Shown here: positions 38,373-47,597 of the stretch, one piece after another
Layout: every line of letters starts with the position of its first letter
How positions within the stretch are numbered: position 1 is the first letter of the stretch
Assembly (NCBI GenBank): GCA_002772995.1
Contig: PFCO01000009.1
Span: 22,876-86,875 of the forward strand
Source: Candidatus Niyogibacteria bacterium CG10_big_fil_rev_8_21_14_0_10_46_36
GTDB taxonomy: Bacteria; Patescibacteriota; Minisyncoccia; 1-14-0-10-42-19
DNA length: 64,000 nt
Reading direction: 5' to 3'
The notes under the pieces: model-generated
What the model saw: only the letters and a program-made list of their open reading frames with translations
The model's database searches: none
Told to the model about the DNA's origin: nothing
Made by a program: the position numbers and the translations under genes

Positions 38373-39190
38373 TAGACGCAGCGGATTTTTTCTTTTATAG
38401 AATCAAGGTAGTCGTTATATGAACGCCCCTTTTCGTCAACGAATTCTCCGTGGAGATCCTCTGCAAGCACCCGGCACACCTGTGCGGCCACCTCGGAAGG
38501 TTCACTCAACAGTTTTTGATTGAATCGCGCAAGTAGTCCTTCCATAAGTTCCTTGTTCTCTTCTAGGTGACTTATCATGCCGGTCCTCACCATACCAGGC
38601 GTAAGACAATTTGCACGCACATCAATCCCCTTTCTTTCCCGCATACCGTTCAGCGTCCCCATAAATGAGCGCATAAACCCAATAACCGCGGCTTTGGTGG
38701 AATCATACATCTCGGAACCGCTCTCTGGATCAAGGCCCGCCAGAGAAGCAATAGTAATGATGCGGCCATGTTTTTGCGGAATAAAAAATCTGTTCATAAA
38801 TTCATTCGTAAGGCCTATCATTGCCGCATAATTTATGGTGCATACCTGAAGGATGTCGTCCATAGTCCATTTGGTAATGAATTTGCTCTTCCCTCCGGGA
38901 CCTATAACGCCCGCGGTATAGATAAATATATCTATAGGCGTTCTTGCCATCTGTATCTTTGAGAATAGATTATCCCACGATGCCGGATTCATGACATCAA
39001 TCCCCGCTGTGTAATACGCGCCGCCGCACGCTTCATCAGAAGAAATAGAAGATACTGCGCTGTAACACTTTTTAATATCATTATCGGCAAGAAAAAATGT
39101 AGTAACGCCCTTGATCCGCAATGCTTTTACTATTTCTGCACCCATACCGCCAACACCCACAATAGCAACATGCTTATTATTAAAATTCAT
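38372..39190 (-). CDS. Short-chain dehydrogenase/reductase (SDR) family oxidoreductase
   Basis: N-terminal Gly-rich NAD(P)-binding segment (VAIVGVGGMGAEIV) and YDSTK active-site motif. Start set at MNFNNK, with AGAGGAG 8 nt upstream. Confidence 0.7.
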   Translation of the reverse strand: MNFNNKHVAIVGVGGMGAEIVKALRIKGVTTFFLADNDIKKCYSAVSSISSDEACGGAYYTAGIDVMNPASWDNLFSKIQMARTPIDIFIYTAGVIGPGGKSKFITKWTMDDILQVCTINYAAMIGLTNEFMNRFFIPQKHGRIITIASLAGLDPESGSEMYDSTKAAVIGFMRSFMGTLNGMRERKGIDVRANCLTPGMVRTGMISHLEENKELMEGLLARFNQKLLSEPSEVAAQVCRVLAEDLHGEFVDEKGRSYNDYLDSIKEKIRCV

Positions 39191-39320
39191 AAAAGAGCTC
39201 CTCTTGCTGCAAAATTTTGCTTTCATTGTATACTATTTTTCAAAAAAATCAACCCCGCTAGACACTATCATGTAACGCGCTCTTATACATCGCATGGAAA
39301 ATAGATAAGTTCATCTAAAA

Positions 39321-39352
39321 TCAAGAAAAAGCCGCACAATATATGTGCGGCT
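39321..39352 (-). terminator. Terminator after guaB
   Basis: AGCCGCACA-ATATA-TGTGCGGCT with a T-run on the minus strand. Confidence 0.65.
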
Positions 39353-39360
39353 AAGTTTCG

Positions 39361-40872
39361 TTAGAGTTTTTTATAGTTTGGAGGGTCTTTTTCCAGTAGA
39401 ATGTCGTGAGGCCCGCTTTCTTGCATCGTGGCAAAGCTCATGATTTGCGCTTCTATTTCTGTTTCATGCATATCCTGTATAGAGGCGCACCCAAGATACC
39501 CCATCCCCTGGCGAAGGCCTCCGAGAAGATAATGTATCTCTTCCCTGAAGGTTCCATGATACGGTATCAGCGCCTCTACGCCCTCCGGGACGGCTTTTGC
39601 GCCATATCGGTCGCTTCCTCCGCTTTTTAGTACTGCCTCTGAGCCCATTCCGCGATATCTTTTGTACTTCACCCCTTTGACTTCCACTATCTCCCCGGGG
39701 CTCTCATCAAGTTCGGCAAAAAGTCTTCCTATCATCACAGCGTCCGCACCCGCAGCTAAGGCTTTGGTGATATCTCCGGAAAAACGAATACCTCCGTCCG
39801 CGATGATGGGAACAGATCGCTCTTTTGCGGCAGATACAACATTTTCTATCGCGCTGATCTGCGCAACACCAATTCCAGTAACCATACGGGTAGTACAGAT
39901 AGAACCGCCTCCAATGCCTACACGAAGTCCATCGGCGCCAAGATCTATCAAGTCGTCGGCCGCTTCTCTTGTCGCAATATTCCCCACAACGATATCAACC
40001 ATCCCGCTTACTGATTTCAGTTTTTTAAGCGCATTCATTACATTGCTTGAATGGCCATGCGAGCTGTCAAGAACAATCATATCAACATCGTGGTTCAGCA
40101 ATTCTATCGCACGTTCATAAAAATCTCCCGTGGCACCGATTGCAGCGGCAACGCGCAAGCGTCCTTCTTTGTCGCGCGTAGCTGACGAGAACTCCCGCAT
40201 AAGATTGATGTCCTTCAGGGTTATGAGCCCGCGCAAATGCCCCGCTTCGTCCACCAACGGAAGTTTTTCGATATGCTCTTTCAAAAGTATCTTGTACGCT
40301 TTTTCCGCCGAAATGCACTCTGAAGCAACTACTAATTTTTCTAACGGTCTCATTGCCTTTTGTACAAGAAAATCATCATCAGGAGCATACAGCAGATCTC
40401 TGCGGGTAAGCAGCCCTACAAGTGTGTCATCAGACTTAACAATGGGAATACCTGAAATGCCTCTTTCTTCCACAAGCTTTTTTGCATCTCCTATGGTCTT
40501 ATGCGGAGCAAGTGTGTATGGCTTTGCTATCTTCCCGCTCTGGTAACGCTTAACGCGGTATACTTCATGCGCTTGGCGCTCTATATCCATAGCCCGATGA
40601 ATAACGCCGATACCCCCATGCAAAGCAAGAGCTATCGCCATCTTATACTCCGTCACCGTATCCATAGGCGAAGAAATAAGTGGTATGCTCATGGCAACAT
40701 TTCTACTGCAACGCGTTTCCAAAGAAACTTCCGAGGGAAGTATTTCGGAACGCCGCGGCGCAAGTAATATATCGTCAAATGTTCTTCCTGATTCTTTAAT
40801 AGTCAGCACTTTCTCCTCCTGTTGTAAAAGATGTATGTGCAAAAGAATACCACATTTTTTTGTATATGGCAA
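39361..40872 (-). CDS. guaB: IMP dehydrogenase
   Basis: ...GLTFDDILLAP..., tandem CBS domains, catalytic loop ...GIGGGSICTTRMVTG.... Confidence 0.9.
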   Translation of the reverse strand: MPYTKKCGILLHIHLLQQEEKVLTIKESGRTFDDILLAPRRSEILPSEVSLETRCSRNVAMSIPLISSPMDTVTEYKMAIALALHGGIGVIHRAMDIERQAHEVYRVKRYQSGKIAKPYTLAPHKTIGDAKKLVEERGISGIPIVKSDDTLVGLLTRRDLLYAPDDDFLVQKAMRPLEKLVVASECISAEKAYKILLKEHIEKLPLVDEAGHLRGLITLKDINLMREFSSATRDKEGRLRVAAAIGATGDFYERAIELLNHDVDMIVLDSSHGHSSNVMNALKKLKSVSGMVDIVVGNIATREAADDLIDLGADGLRVGIGGGSICTTRMVTGIGVAQISAIENVVSAAKERSVPIIADGGIRFSGDITKALAAGADAVMIGRLFAELDESPGEIVEVKGVKYKRYRGMGSEAVLKSGGSDRYGAKAVPEGVEALIPYHGTFREEIHYLLGGLRQGMGYLGCASIQDMHETEIEAQIMSFATMQESGPHDILLEKDPPNYKKL

Positions 40873-42342
40873 TTATTTCCGCCGTATTATAAGCCAAGCG
40901 ATACCTATATAGAGCACAAGCATCGCAATGAGGGGAAATCCTGGAAGAGCTATTTCCGCAAACGAAAGTGATGAAAATGTCTCGACTATTTTGAGCTGAT
41001 ATTCAAGCAAAATGTACGCAACCCAGGCAAAAGGAAGCGCGAGTATCTTTGAAGCAAACGCTAGTGCGCCTGCCGTCGCTCCAAAAAACATTGTGTACGG
41101 AACCACAACAAGAACAAGCATATTTACGGGAAGCGCAACGACAGAAAATGTTCCCATAAGATGCAAGATGAGTGGGGTAACTGCAATCTGGGCGGAGAGC
41201 GTTGCTGTTGCCGCTTCCCGTAATCCGAATCGCTTAGGAGCCCATGAAAGCATGCGCTCAAAACGAGGCGCGAGATAAATAAGTCCCAGCGTTGCCAAAA
41301 ATGAAAGCTGGAACGACGCGTCAAACAGGAGAATCTTTGGATTTACAAATATCATAAGAGCGCCTGCAATGAGGAGCGCGATAATGACACGGTTTATGCG
41401 CCCAGTCGCCTGAGCCGTATAAATGAGAATGGCCATAATTGATGCACGTACCACGGGGGCCGCAGCACCAGTGAATAGCGCAAAGAGAATTATTCCGGCT
41501 ACTCCCGCGCCCACGCTTACCGCCCACGAAAAGAATACCCCTAAAAATCCTGCAAAAGCCCTGGCGACAATGGTAATGTTATACCCGGAAAGAACAACAA
41601 TATGAATAACGCCTACCCTGCGGAACTCCTCAAGTACATTCTCAGGTATGCTTTTTCGAGCGCCGACAGTAAGTCCACCCAAAAAAGACGCGTGCGGTTC
41701 GGGCAATACGCTTCCGATTCGCTGTATGTACTCCTCCTTAAGCGAAAATAACCATCGCTTCAAAAAAAATCCACCTCTTCCTATGAGCGCGGTGCTTGGA
41801 TATGACATCTGAAGATAAATTTCGTCTTTCGCAAGATACGACTCCCAATCAAAATCAGAATCAGGAATATTCTCCGGAGGTTCAAGCCGCCCACGCGCTT
41901 CTACAATGTCTCCGTACACAAAAGAGGGGTAACGGCTCACGGTAAAAAGTATTTTCTCTGACGGAACACTTCTCCATGCTTTTTCGTTCCAATCAAATAG
42001 TTCCCCGCTTGCAACTACAAAGCGAGTATACCGGTCGCGTTCATCGGCTTCACTTGTTATTATGCCGCGCAATAATACAGTGTTGCCCACAACTCGCGCC
42101 CACTCCGGATTCACCCCTCCCCTGTCTTTCATATTAAAGCGCAGCACTCCAAAGCTACCCCCCGCGAACAGCAACGCAATAATAAAAAATAGACCCGCCC
42201 CTCTGACGCGCCAAAAAATAAAAAAACCCGCAGCAAGAAAGAGCCCAAAAACCGCATATACTTCTGCAATAGTAAAAAAGGAGCGGATACTTATACCCGC
42301 TCCAAATCCTATAATACTTATAACCAATGCTCGCTCTCTCAT
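40873..42342 (-). CDS. comEC: ComEC/Rec2-like competence membrane protein (DUF4131 plus competence domain only)
   Basis: 489-aa polytopic protein with a ComEC core; it has no MBL domain. 4-nt overlap with rnhA. Confidence 0.75.
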   Translation of the reverse strand: MRERALVISIIGFGAGISIRSFFTIAEVYAVFGLFLAAGFFIFWRVRGAGLFFIIALLFAGGSFGVLRFNMKDRGGVNPEWARVVGNTVLLRGIITSEADERDRYTRFVVASGELFDWNEKAWRSVPSEKILFTVSRYPSFVYGDIVEARGRLEPPENIPDSDFDWESYLAKDEIYLQMSYPSTALIGRGGFFLKRWLFSLKEEYIQRIGSVLPEPHASFLGGLTVGARKSIPENVLEEFRRVGVIHIVVLSGYNITIVARAFAGFLGVFFSWAVSVGAGVAGIILFALFTGAAAPVVRASIMAILIYTAQATGRINRVIIALLIAGALMIFVNPKILLFDASFQLSFLATLGLIYLAPRFERMLSWAPKRFGLREAATATLSAQIAVTPLILHLMGTFSVVALPVNMLVLVVVPYTMFFGATAGALAFASKILALPFAWVAYILLEYQLKIVETFSSLSFAEIALPGFPLIAMLVLYIGIAWLIIRRK

Positions 42343-42788
42343 AATAATGTTTTCTGTTCTCCTGCATCGAGCGCCTCGTTCAGCAATCTGTCTGCTTCTT
42401 TATTCTTATCACGCATAAGATGCGTGTATACAATACTCCCAAAATCGAGCGTAAGATTGTGCGCCTTCATATACAACGGAAATAGTCGTTCTTCTTCTAT
42501 TTTATATATGCCGCTCAATTGGCGCATAACGAGCTCCGAATCCATACGAACTTCAACGCGCATCTGCTTTGCTTTTGCTTTCCCAAAAAGCTGCTTTGCT
42601 TTCTTGAGAGCAAAAATAACCGCCTCATATTCGGCTTCGTTATTCGTGCGTTCTCCTATCTGTTCCCCGTACGATTTTATATCCCGTCCGCCTACATCCT
42701 GAATAACCACGCCGATAGCAGCTGGCCCGGGGTTCCCTCGAGATCCTCCGTCCGTATATATCACAATGTCATTTTTTTGCTTATTCAT
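42339..42788 (-). CDS. rnhA: Ribonuclease HI
   Basis: ...IYTDGGSRGNPGPAAIGVV...TNNEAEY...KNKEADRL... is the DEDD RNase H fold. Confidence 0.85.
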   Translation of the reverse strand: MNKQKNDIVIYTDGGSRGNPGPAAIGVVIQDVGGRDIKSYGEQIGERTNNEAEYEAVIFALKKAKQLFGKAKAKQMRVEVRMDSELVMRQLSGIYKIEEERLFPLYMKAHNLTLDFGSIVYTHLMRDKNKEADRLLNEALDAGEQKTLL

Positions 42789-43383
42789 ACTGTGCGTAAA
42801 ACGATTCTGCTATGCCACAGAATCTATCAAATGCCACTCTATACTCGGCAAGTATTCCTTTTGCTCTGCTGTGTCGCAACCGCCCTGTTAGTATATGTAG
42901 AACAGCTCCATAATACCACACCTGCTCTTTCGGCTCTGCATTAAAACTGCTCCACACACTGCTCCCTTGTTTTTGAAAATCATGCACGCAGGAGTTCATA
43001 TTATGAACCTTGTCGGCAGCACACACAAGTAGGCTGTTTCGCGATACATGTTGAAGATTGTGCAGATACGCCTCTTTCCGAACCTTCCATGGAATTTTTT
43101 TTCCATCTCTCATCTTTTTTTCCGTAACTCCCATAACTATATCTCGTATTACGAGACCAAAGTCGTGCTCTAATGCTTCGGGCGTATACGGCGTATCCTC
43201 TATAGCATCATGCAAAATACCCGCAGCGATGACATGCTCGTCAGAAGTATATTTTTTTAGAATGCCGGCAACTTCTTTTAAATGCGTAATATACGGCGTT
43301 ACTCCGTCTGATTTTCTCACTTGCCCTTTATGAAGAATTTCTGCTTTTTGTAATGCTTTATCTATAATAGTGCCGCGTGTCAT
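42781..43383 (-). CDS. HD-domain phosphohydrolase (RelA/SpoT-type (p)ppGpp hydrolase-like)
   Basis: ...TPYITHLKEVAGIL...AAGILHDAIEDT... is the HD motif. Confidence 0.65.
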   Translation of the reverse strand: MTRGTIIDKALQKAEILHKGQVRKSDGVTPYITHLKEVAGILKKYTSDEHVIAAGILHDAIEDTPYTPEALEHDFGLVIRDIVMGVTEKKMRDGKKIPWKVRKEAYLHNLQHVSRNSLLVCAADKVHNMNSCVHDFQKQGSSVWSSFNAEPKEQVWYYGAVLHILTGRLRHSRAKGILAEYRVAFDRFCGIAESFYAQYE

Positions 43384-43422
43384 TGGTTTCTCCTGTTAAT
43401 GCGCATTTGCCAAAGCGTATCA

Positions 43423-45174
43423 TTATCTCGCACGATAATCAACGATACGCAAACGTATCTCTCCGGTATTGCGAAATGAGGAATATTCAATTGATGCCGC
43501 AAGGTCAATCGTCGCCCCCCTCTTTATCATCTCGGCGCCACTCCCCCCGCCAAAAAATACTGCTTTGACCGCATTCCCGCTCGATTGCTTACATCGCAGT
43601 TCCAGATGGCTTTGCACATTTCCAAATGTACGGACGTTTTCTATGAGAACGCCCGAAAACAAAAATACGGGATTTGGGTTTCCTTCACCAAATGGCTCGA
43701 ATCGCGAAAGAGTCGCATATATATCCCATGCAACCTCATCTATAGAAAGTTCTTTTTCTATATGAAGCTCTCCGAAAAGATTCTCTTTTTTGTCTATGCT
43801 TGCATACGCATCATTAAGCGCCCGCTCCATATCTTTTTCACGGCCCCCAGCAATCGTGAATCCAGCGGCCATTGCATGCCCGCCGTATGCCGTAAACAAA
43901 TCCTCACCCGCCCTCTTCATAAGCTCCACAAGATTTGCCGACCCATCGCTTCTGCACGAACCCTTAAATGTTTCACCTTCTCCCTTTCCAAATAAAAATA
44001 CCGGGCGCGCATACTCTTCAACCAGCCTGCTTGCGGCAATACCGAGCACACCCGGGAACCAACCCTCCTCTCCAAGTACAATAACCGCAGGCATATCTCT
44101 ATCAGCATACTTTGCCTGTATTAGAGAAACGACATCTTGCGTCATCCGCTTGCGCTCCGCATTCGCGTCCTGCAAGCGGGACGCAAGCCAGCGTGCTTCC
44201 TCTTCATTATCTGCGCGCAATAGCTCAACAGCGGTGTTTGCATGGTCTATACGCCCCGCTGAATTGATGAGCGGCCCCAATGTAAACGCAATGTCGCTTG
44301 CTTGCATACGCGGGAGGGAAATATACGGCTGCTGTTCTAACAATATACGAAGCCCGGGGCGCCTGTTCTTTTTTAGAACTTCGAGCCCCCAATGTACGAG
44401 CATTCTATTTTCGTCACGGAGCGGAACCATATCGGCAACCGTTGCAATAGCAACAACATCAAGCATCCATTTTTCGTATCCTTCTTTCACCGGCCAATCG
44501 CCCCTTTGGAAAAGCGCTTGTACAAATTTAAACGCCGTGCCTGTTCCACAGAGTTCCGGAAACGGATAGGCGCTGTCTTTCCGCTTATGATCAATGACAG
44601 CAAACGCCCGCGGCAATTCATCTCCCGGCAAATGATGATCGGTCACAATAACATCAATTCCTTTTTCTTGGAGCGTGCGCACACCCTCGATATCACCGAT
44701 GCCCGTATCCACCGTTACTACAAGCGACGGTTTTTGTTCTAATACCGCTTCCATTACATGTACGGTAAGCCCGTATCCTTCCTTGTATCGGTCGGGGTTA
44801 TATAAAAAGAAATTCTCATACCCCACAAAACGGAAAAAATCAGAGAATACAATAGAACCGCATACACCATCGGCATCGTAGTCGCTAAAAATAAGGATGC
44901 GTTCGTTTTTTTTCATGGCGTCCAAAAATCGTTTTACTGCTTTTTCCATATCGGGAAGCAAAAACGGGTCATGCGTATCACGCTCATACGCAGGCGAGAA
45001 AAATGCATCTGCTTCTTCCTGTGTGTGTATGCCGCGGTTAAAAAGAAGCTGAAGCGTTAACTCATCTCCGCGCATCTGTTCTGCATACGGCTCTGGGTAC
45101 GGATTTTTTATCTGCCACTGTTTTTTCATATTATCCAATATAGCACAGGGCTTGAAAAAAGGACGGAAAAACAC
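43423..45174 (-). CDS. recJ: Single-stranded-DNA-specific exonuclease RecJ
   Basis: DHH (...DYDADGV..., ...VIVTDHHLPG...), DHHA1 GGGHAMAAG, C-terminal OB-like region. Confidence 0.9.
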   Translation of the reverse strand: MFFRPFFKPCAILDNMKKQWQIKNPYPEPYAEQMRGDELTLQLLFNRGIHTQEEADAFFSPAYERDTHDPFLLPDMEKAVKRFLDAMKKNERILIFSDYDADGVCGSIVFSDFFRFVGYENFFLYNPDRYKEGYGLTVHVMEAVLEQKPSLVVTVDTGIGDIEGVRTLQEKGIDVIVTDHHLPGDELPRAFAVIDHKRKDSAYPFPELCGTGTAFKFVQALFQRGDWPVKEGYEKWMLDVVAIATVADMVPLRDENRMLVHWGLEVLKKNRRPGLRILLEQQPYISLPRMQASDIAFTLGPLINSAGRIDHANTAVELLRADNEEEARWLASRLQDANAERKRMTQDVVSLIQAKYADRDMPAVIVLGEEGWFPGVLGIAASRLVEEYARPVFLFGKGEGETFKGSCRSDGSANLVELMKRAGEDLFTAYGGHAMAAGFTIAGGREKDMERALNDAYASIDKKENLFGELHIEKELSIDEVAWDIYATLSRFEPFGEGNPNPVFLFSGVLIENVRTFGNVQSHLELRCKQSSGNAVKAVFFGGGSGAEMIKRGATIDLAASIEYSSFRNTGEIRLRIVDYRAR

Positions 45175-45203
45175 TACTATGCAATAAAAATGGGGGGGGT
45201 TGT

Positions 45204-45569
45204 ATGGCTGCTATATACATTGAAAAGAAGATGCACTTTGAAGCGTCCCACTCGCTTATAGATGTAAACAATCCGCAGAATAATGAACCGAGGCACAGCC
45301 ACCTGTACAGCTTTACTGTGCGCATCAAAGGCGGTACTGACAAAGGCGGTATGATTACAAACATCCGCGATGTAAAACGCGTACTTAAAAAAGAAATAGT
45401 AGACGCGCTGAATGGCAGGTATCTGAATGACGTGTTCCCCGAAATGAATCCAACCATGGAGAATCTCGCCGAATTTATTTACAACTCAGCTAAATTAATA
45501 TTTCCCGGCGTTGTACGCGTTCAGATTTGGGAAAACGAGGACTCTTCAGCAATATACGAAGAAGAATAA
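45204..45569 (+). CDS. queD: 6-carboxy-5,6,7,8-tetrahydropterin synthase / PTPS family
   Basis: ...KMHFEASHSL...HSHLYSF...GMITN... with the CxxxHGH-type residues. Confidence 0.75.
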   Translation: MAAIYIEKKMHFEASHSLIDVNNPQNNEPRHSHLYSFTVRIKGGTDKGGMITNIRDVKRVLKKEIVDALNGRYLNDVFPEMNPTMENLAEFIYNSAKLIFPGVVRVQIWENEDSSAIYEEE

Positions 45570-45573
45570 CAAA

Positions 45574-45605
45574 CAAAAAACTCCCATACGGGAGTTTTTG
45601 TATTT
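45574..45605 (+). terminator. Terminator after queD
   Basis: AAAACTCCC-ATAC-GGGAGTTTTTG. Confidence 0.7.
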
Positions 45606-45617
45606 GAGCTAGTTGTG

Positions 45618-45701
45618 TGCGCAGGAGAGGATTTGAACCTCCACGCCCCGAAGGACACTACCCCCTCAAGGTAGCTCGTCTACCAATTCCGACACCTGCG
45701 C
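45618..45701 (-). tRNA. tRNA-Leu (anticodon GAG), type II
   Basis: GCGCAGG acceptor, anticodon arm CTACC-TTGAGGG-GGTAG, long variable arm, T-arm GGAGGTTCAAATCCTCT. No CCA. Confidence 0.75.
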
Positions 45702-45703
45702 GT

Positions 45704-46207
45704 TTACGCTTCTTTTTTTTCTTCTGTGCTTCCCGGAGAGCTTTCTTCTTTCTTTGCTTCAGTCAGCGCTGAAGTATCTGCATTTTCTTCCCCGTCTTGC
45801 GGTTTTTCAGGTTCATCCTCCTTTGTTTCCATCACAACCTCATTCACGATTCTCATCTGCTTCATTTTGCGCCGTGCCGCGCGCGTTGCTTTTTCGCGGA
45901 TATAATAGAGTTTTGCGCGGCGGACTTTCGAGCGCCGCACCAATTCAATTTTCTCAATAGTTGGTGAATATAATGGAAAAATTCGTTCAACGCCAATACC
46001 GTCTACCACCTTGCGCACCGTAAATGTCCCACCCGGTTCAGCTCCGTGCTTCCGCGCCAAAACAAGACCCTCAAACGCTTGAAGGCGCGTCTTGTTCCCT
46101 TCCTTGACCCGTTGCCATACGCGAACCGTATCGCCCGAACGAATATCAAGCTTTTTACGGTCTTCTATCTTTACGGGTGAAAATTTTATCTTATGAATGG
46201 TATTCAT
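45704..46207 (-). CDS. rplS: 50S ribosomal protein L19 with an acidic C-terminal extension of about 50 aa
   Basis: ...[33 protein letters not shown]... is the L19 core. The tail is ...[18 protein letters not shown].... The stop is 3 nt from tRNA-Leu. Confidence 0.85.
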   Translation of the reverse strand: MNTIHKIKFSPVKIEDRKKLDIRSGDTVRVWQRVKEGNKTRLQAFEGLVLARKHGAEPGGTFTVRKVVDGIGVERIFPLYSPTIEKIELVRRSKVRRAKLYYIREKATRAARRKMKQMRIVNEVVMETKEDEPEKPQDGEENADTSALTEAKKEESSPGSTEEKKEA

Positions 46208-46232
46208 AATATTTCACCAAGATAACACTATT

Positions 46233-46928
46233 TTAAGCATTACGCAATCCCTCAAGAACCCGCTCAAGATCAACGGGGATGTCAGCCTCAAGGCGTATTT
46301 TTCCGCTCTGGGGGAGAGCAATCTCAAGAGTAGATGCATGCAAAAAATGCCGATTGAGGCCAAACGGGCACACAAACCGCTTCCCCGCATAAAGTTTATC
46401 GCACACAATAGGGTACCCAATAGCTTTCATGTGTACTCGTATCTGATGGGTGCGGCCTGTTTTTGGAAATAAACGGACCAGCGTATAGCCGCCCCCGAAA
46501 TATTCAATTACCTCATAATCAGTACGCGCTTCGCGGACCATACCACGCATAAGGCCTTCCGCAGCGCGTCTTGTCGGATCATTTTTTGAACGGCCTATCG
46601 GCATGTCAATGGTGCCTTTTTTTTCTTTTACTTTCCCGACCACTAACGCCGCGTACTCCTTTACAACAGTACGCATATGGAATTGTTTTTTGAGATAGTC
46701 AAATGCTTCTTGGTTCCGCGCGACCACAAGAACGCCCGACGTGTCTTTATCAAGCCGATGCACTACACCAGGGCGTAATGGATCCTCTCCTACACCTTCT
46801 ATCTCGGGAAATTGCCCCGCTATCATTTGGATAAGGGTGTCAGACGGGTGGTGTCTGTCGGGGTGCACCGAGACACCTGCGGGCTTATTTACCGCAATAA
46901 TGTCACTGTCTTCGTAAATGATTTGCAT
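46233..46928 (-). CDS. RluA-family pseudouridine synthase
   Basis: ...HRLDKDTSGVLVVARN... is the catalytic Asp motif. No S4 domain. Confidence 0.85.
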   Translation of the reverse strand: MQIIYEDSDIIAVNKPAGVSVHPDRHHPSDTLIQMIAGQFPEIEGVGEDPLRPGVVHRLDKDTSGVLVVARNQEAFDYLKKQFHMRTVVKEYAALVVGKVKEKKGTIDMPIGRSKNDPTRRAAEGLMRGMVREARTDYEVIEYFGGGYTLVRLFPKTGRTHQIRVHMKAIGYPIVCDKLYAGKRFVCPFGLNRHFLHASTLEIALPQSGKIRLEADIPVDLERVLEGLRNA

Positions 46929-46950
46929 GCCTCATAATGCCACATCTTGC

Positions 46951-46981
46951 AAAAAATAAAAATCCCGCGCGGGGCGGGATT
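46951..46981 (-). terminator. Terminator after the 46985-47299 gene
   Basis: AATCCCGC-GCGGG-GCGGGATT followed by TTTTTATTTTTT on the minus strand. Confidence 0.65.
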
Positions 46982-46984
46982 CGT

Positions 46985-47299
46985 TTACATATCTTTTAGG
47001 AATTCTTCGTATAAGTCTACATCGCCGTTCTTTTGAATCTGCTTGTCTTCGTGCGGTGCAGCAAGTCTCCGATATAGCTCTGCTGCAGCGTCGTACAAAG
47101 CGCCCCTTATGGATGCGAACATCCAATACCGGAATTTCCCGAAGCGCGCTTTAACAACCGCTAGCCCGAGACGCGTGAAGCTATAATTGAGCAATCCTGT
47201 CATATCAACATCTTCGTGTATCAGCTTAGACATCTCTTCAGCAAGCTTATCAATATGAGGATTTAAAGCCGTGCGGTCCGGCTGTTTAATATATGGCAT
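46985..47299 (-). CDS. Hypothetical 104-aa protein
   Basis: Follows tRNA-Val by 27 nt and has its own terminator. No family assignment. Confidence 0.4.
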   Translation of the reverse strand: MPYIKQPDRTALNPHIDKLAEEMSKLIHEDVDMTGLLNYSFTRLGLAVVKARFGKFRYWMFASIRGALYDAAAELYRRLAAPHEDKQIQKNGDVDLYEEFLKDM

Positions 47300-47325
47300 T
47301 AATATGCCTCCTTTTTTAAATACCT

Positions 47326-47399
47326 GGTGCGCCCGAGAAGGATCGAACTTCTGGCCTTTTCGATGTCAACGAAACGCTCTACCACTGAGCTACGGGCGC
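47326..47399 (-). tRNA. tRNA-Val (anticodon GAC); 3-prime CCA is encoded
   Basis: GCGCCCG acceptor, D-arm AGCTCAGTGGTAGAGC, anticodon arm TTTCG-TTGACAT-CGAAA, T-arm AGTTCGATCCT. Ends GGGCGCACCA. Confidence 0.8.
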
Positions 47400-47596
47400 A
47401 TGTTCTTGATGATGTGTTCAACTTCTTCTCGGCTTACGAGATTCCGTTTTTTTACTTCTTCGTCAATTAACTTCTTTATCTGTTCTTCGAGCGCCCTCTG
47501 ACCTTCTTGCGCCTGCGCCAACAGTTCCTTCATTTGCGAAGGATCCATATTTTTCATCATGTCTGCTGCAAGTTTTGCCTGATCAAATATTCCCAT
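47390..47596 (-). CDS. Small coiled-coil protein; weak resemblance to the YqiC/UbiK (BMFP) family
   Basis: 68 aa containing ...LVSREEVEHI.... Its last 10 nt overlap the 5-prime end of tRNA-Val. It overlaps the upstream GNAT gene. Confidence 0.35.
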   Translation of the reverse strand: MGIFDQAKLAADMMKNMDPSQMKELLAQAQEGQRALEEQIKKLIDEEVKKRNLVSREEVEHIIKNMRP

Positions 47597-47597
47597 A

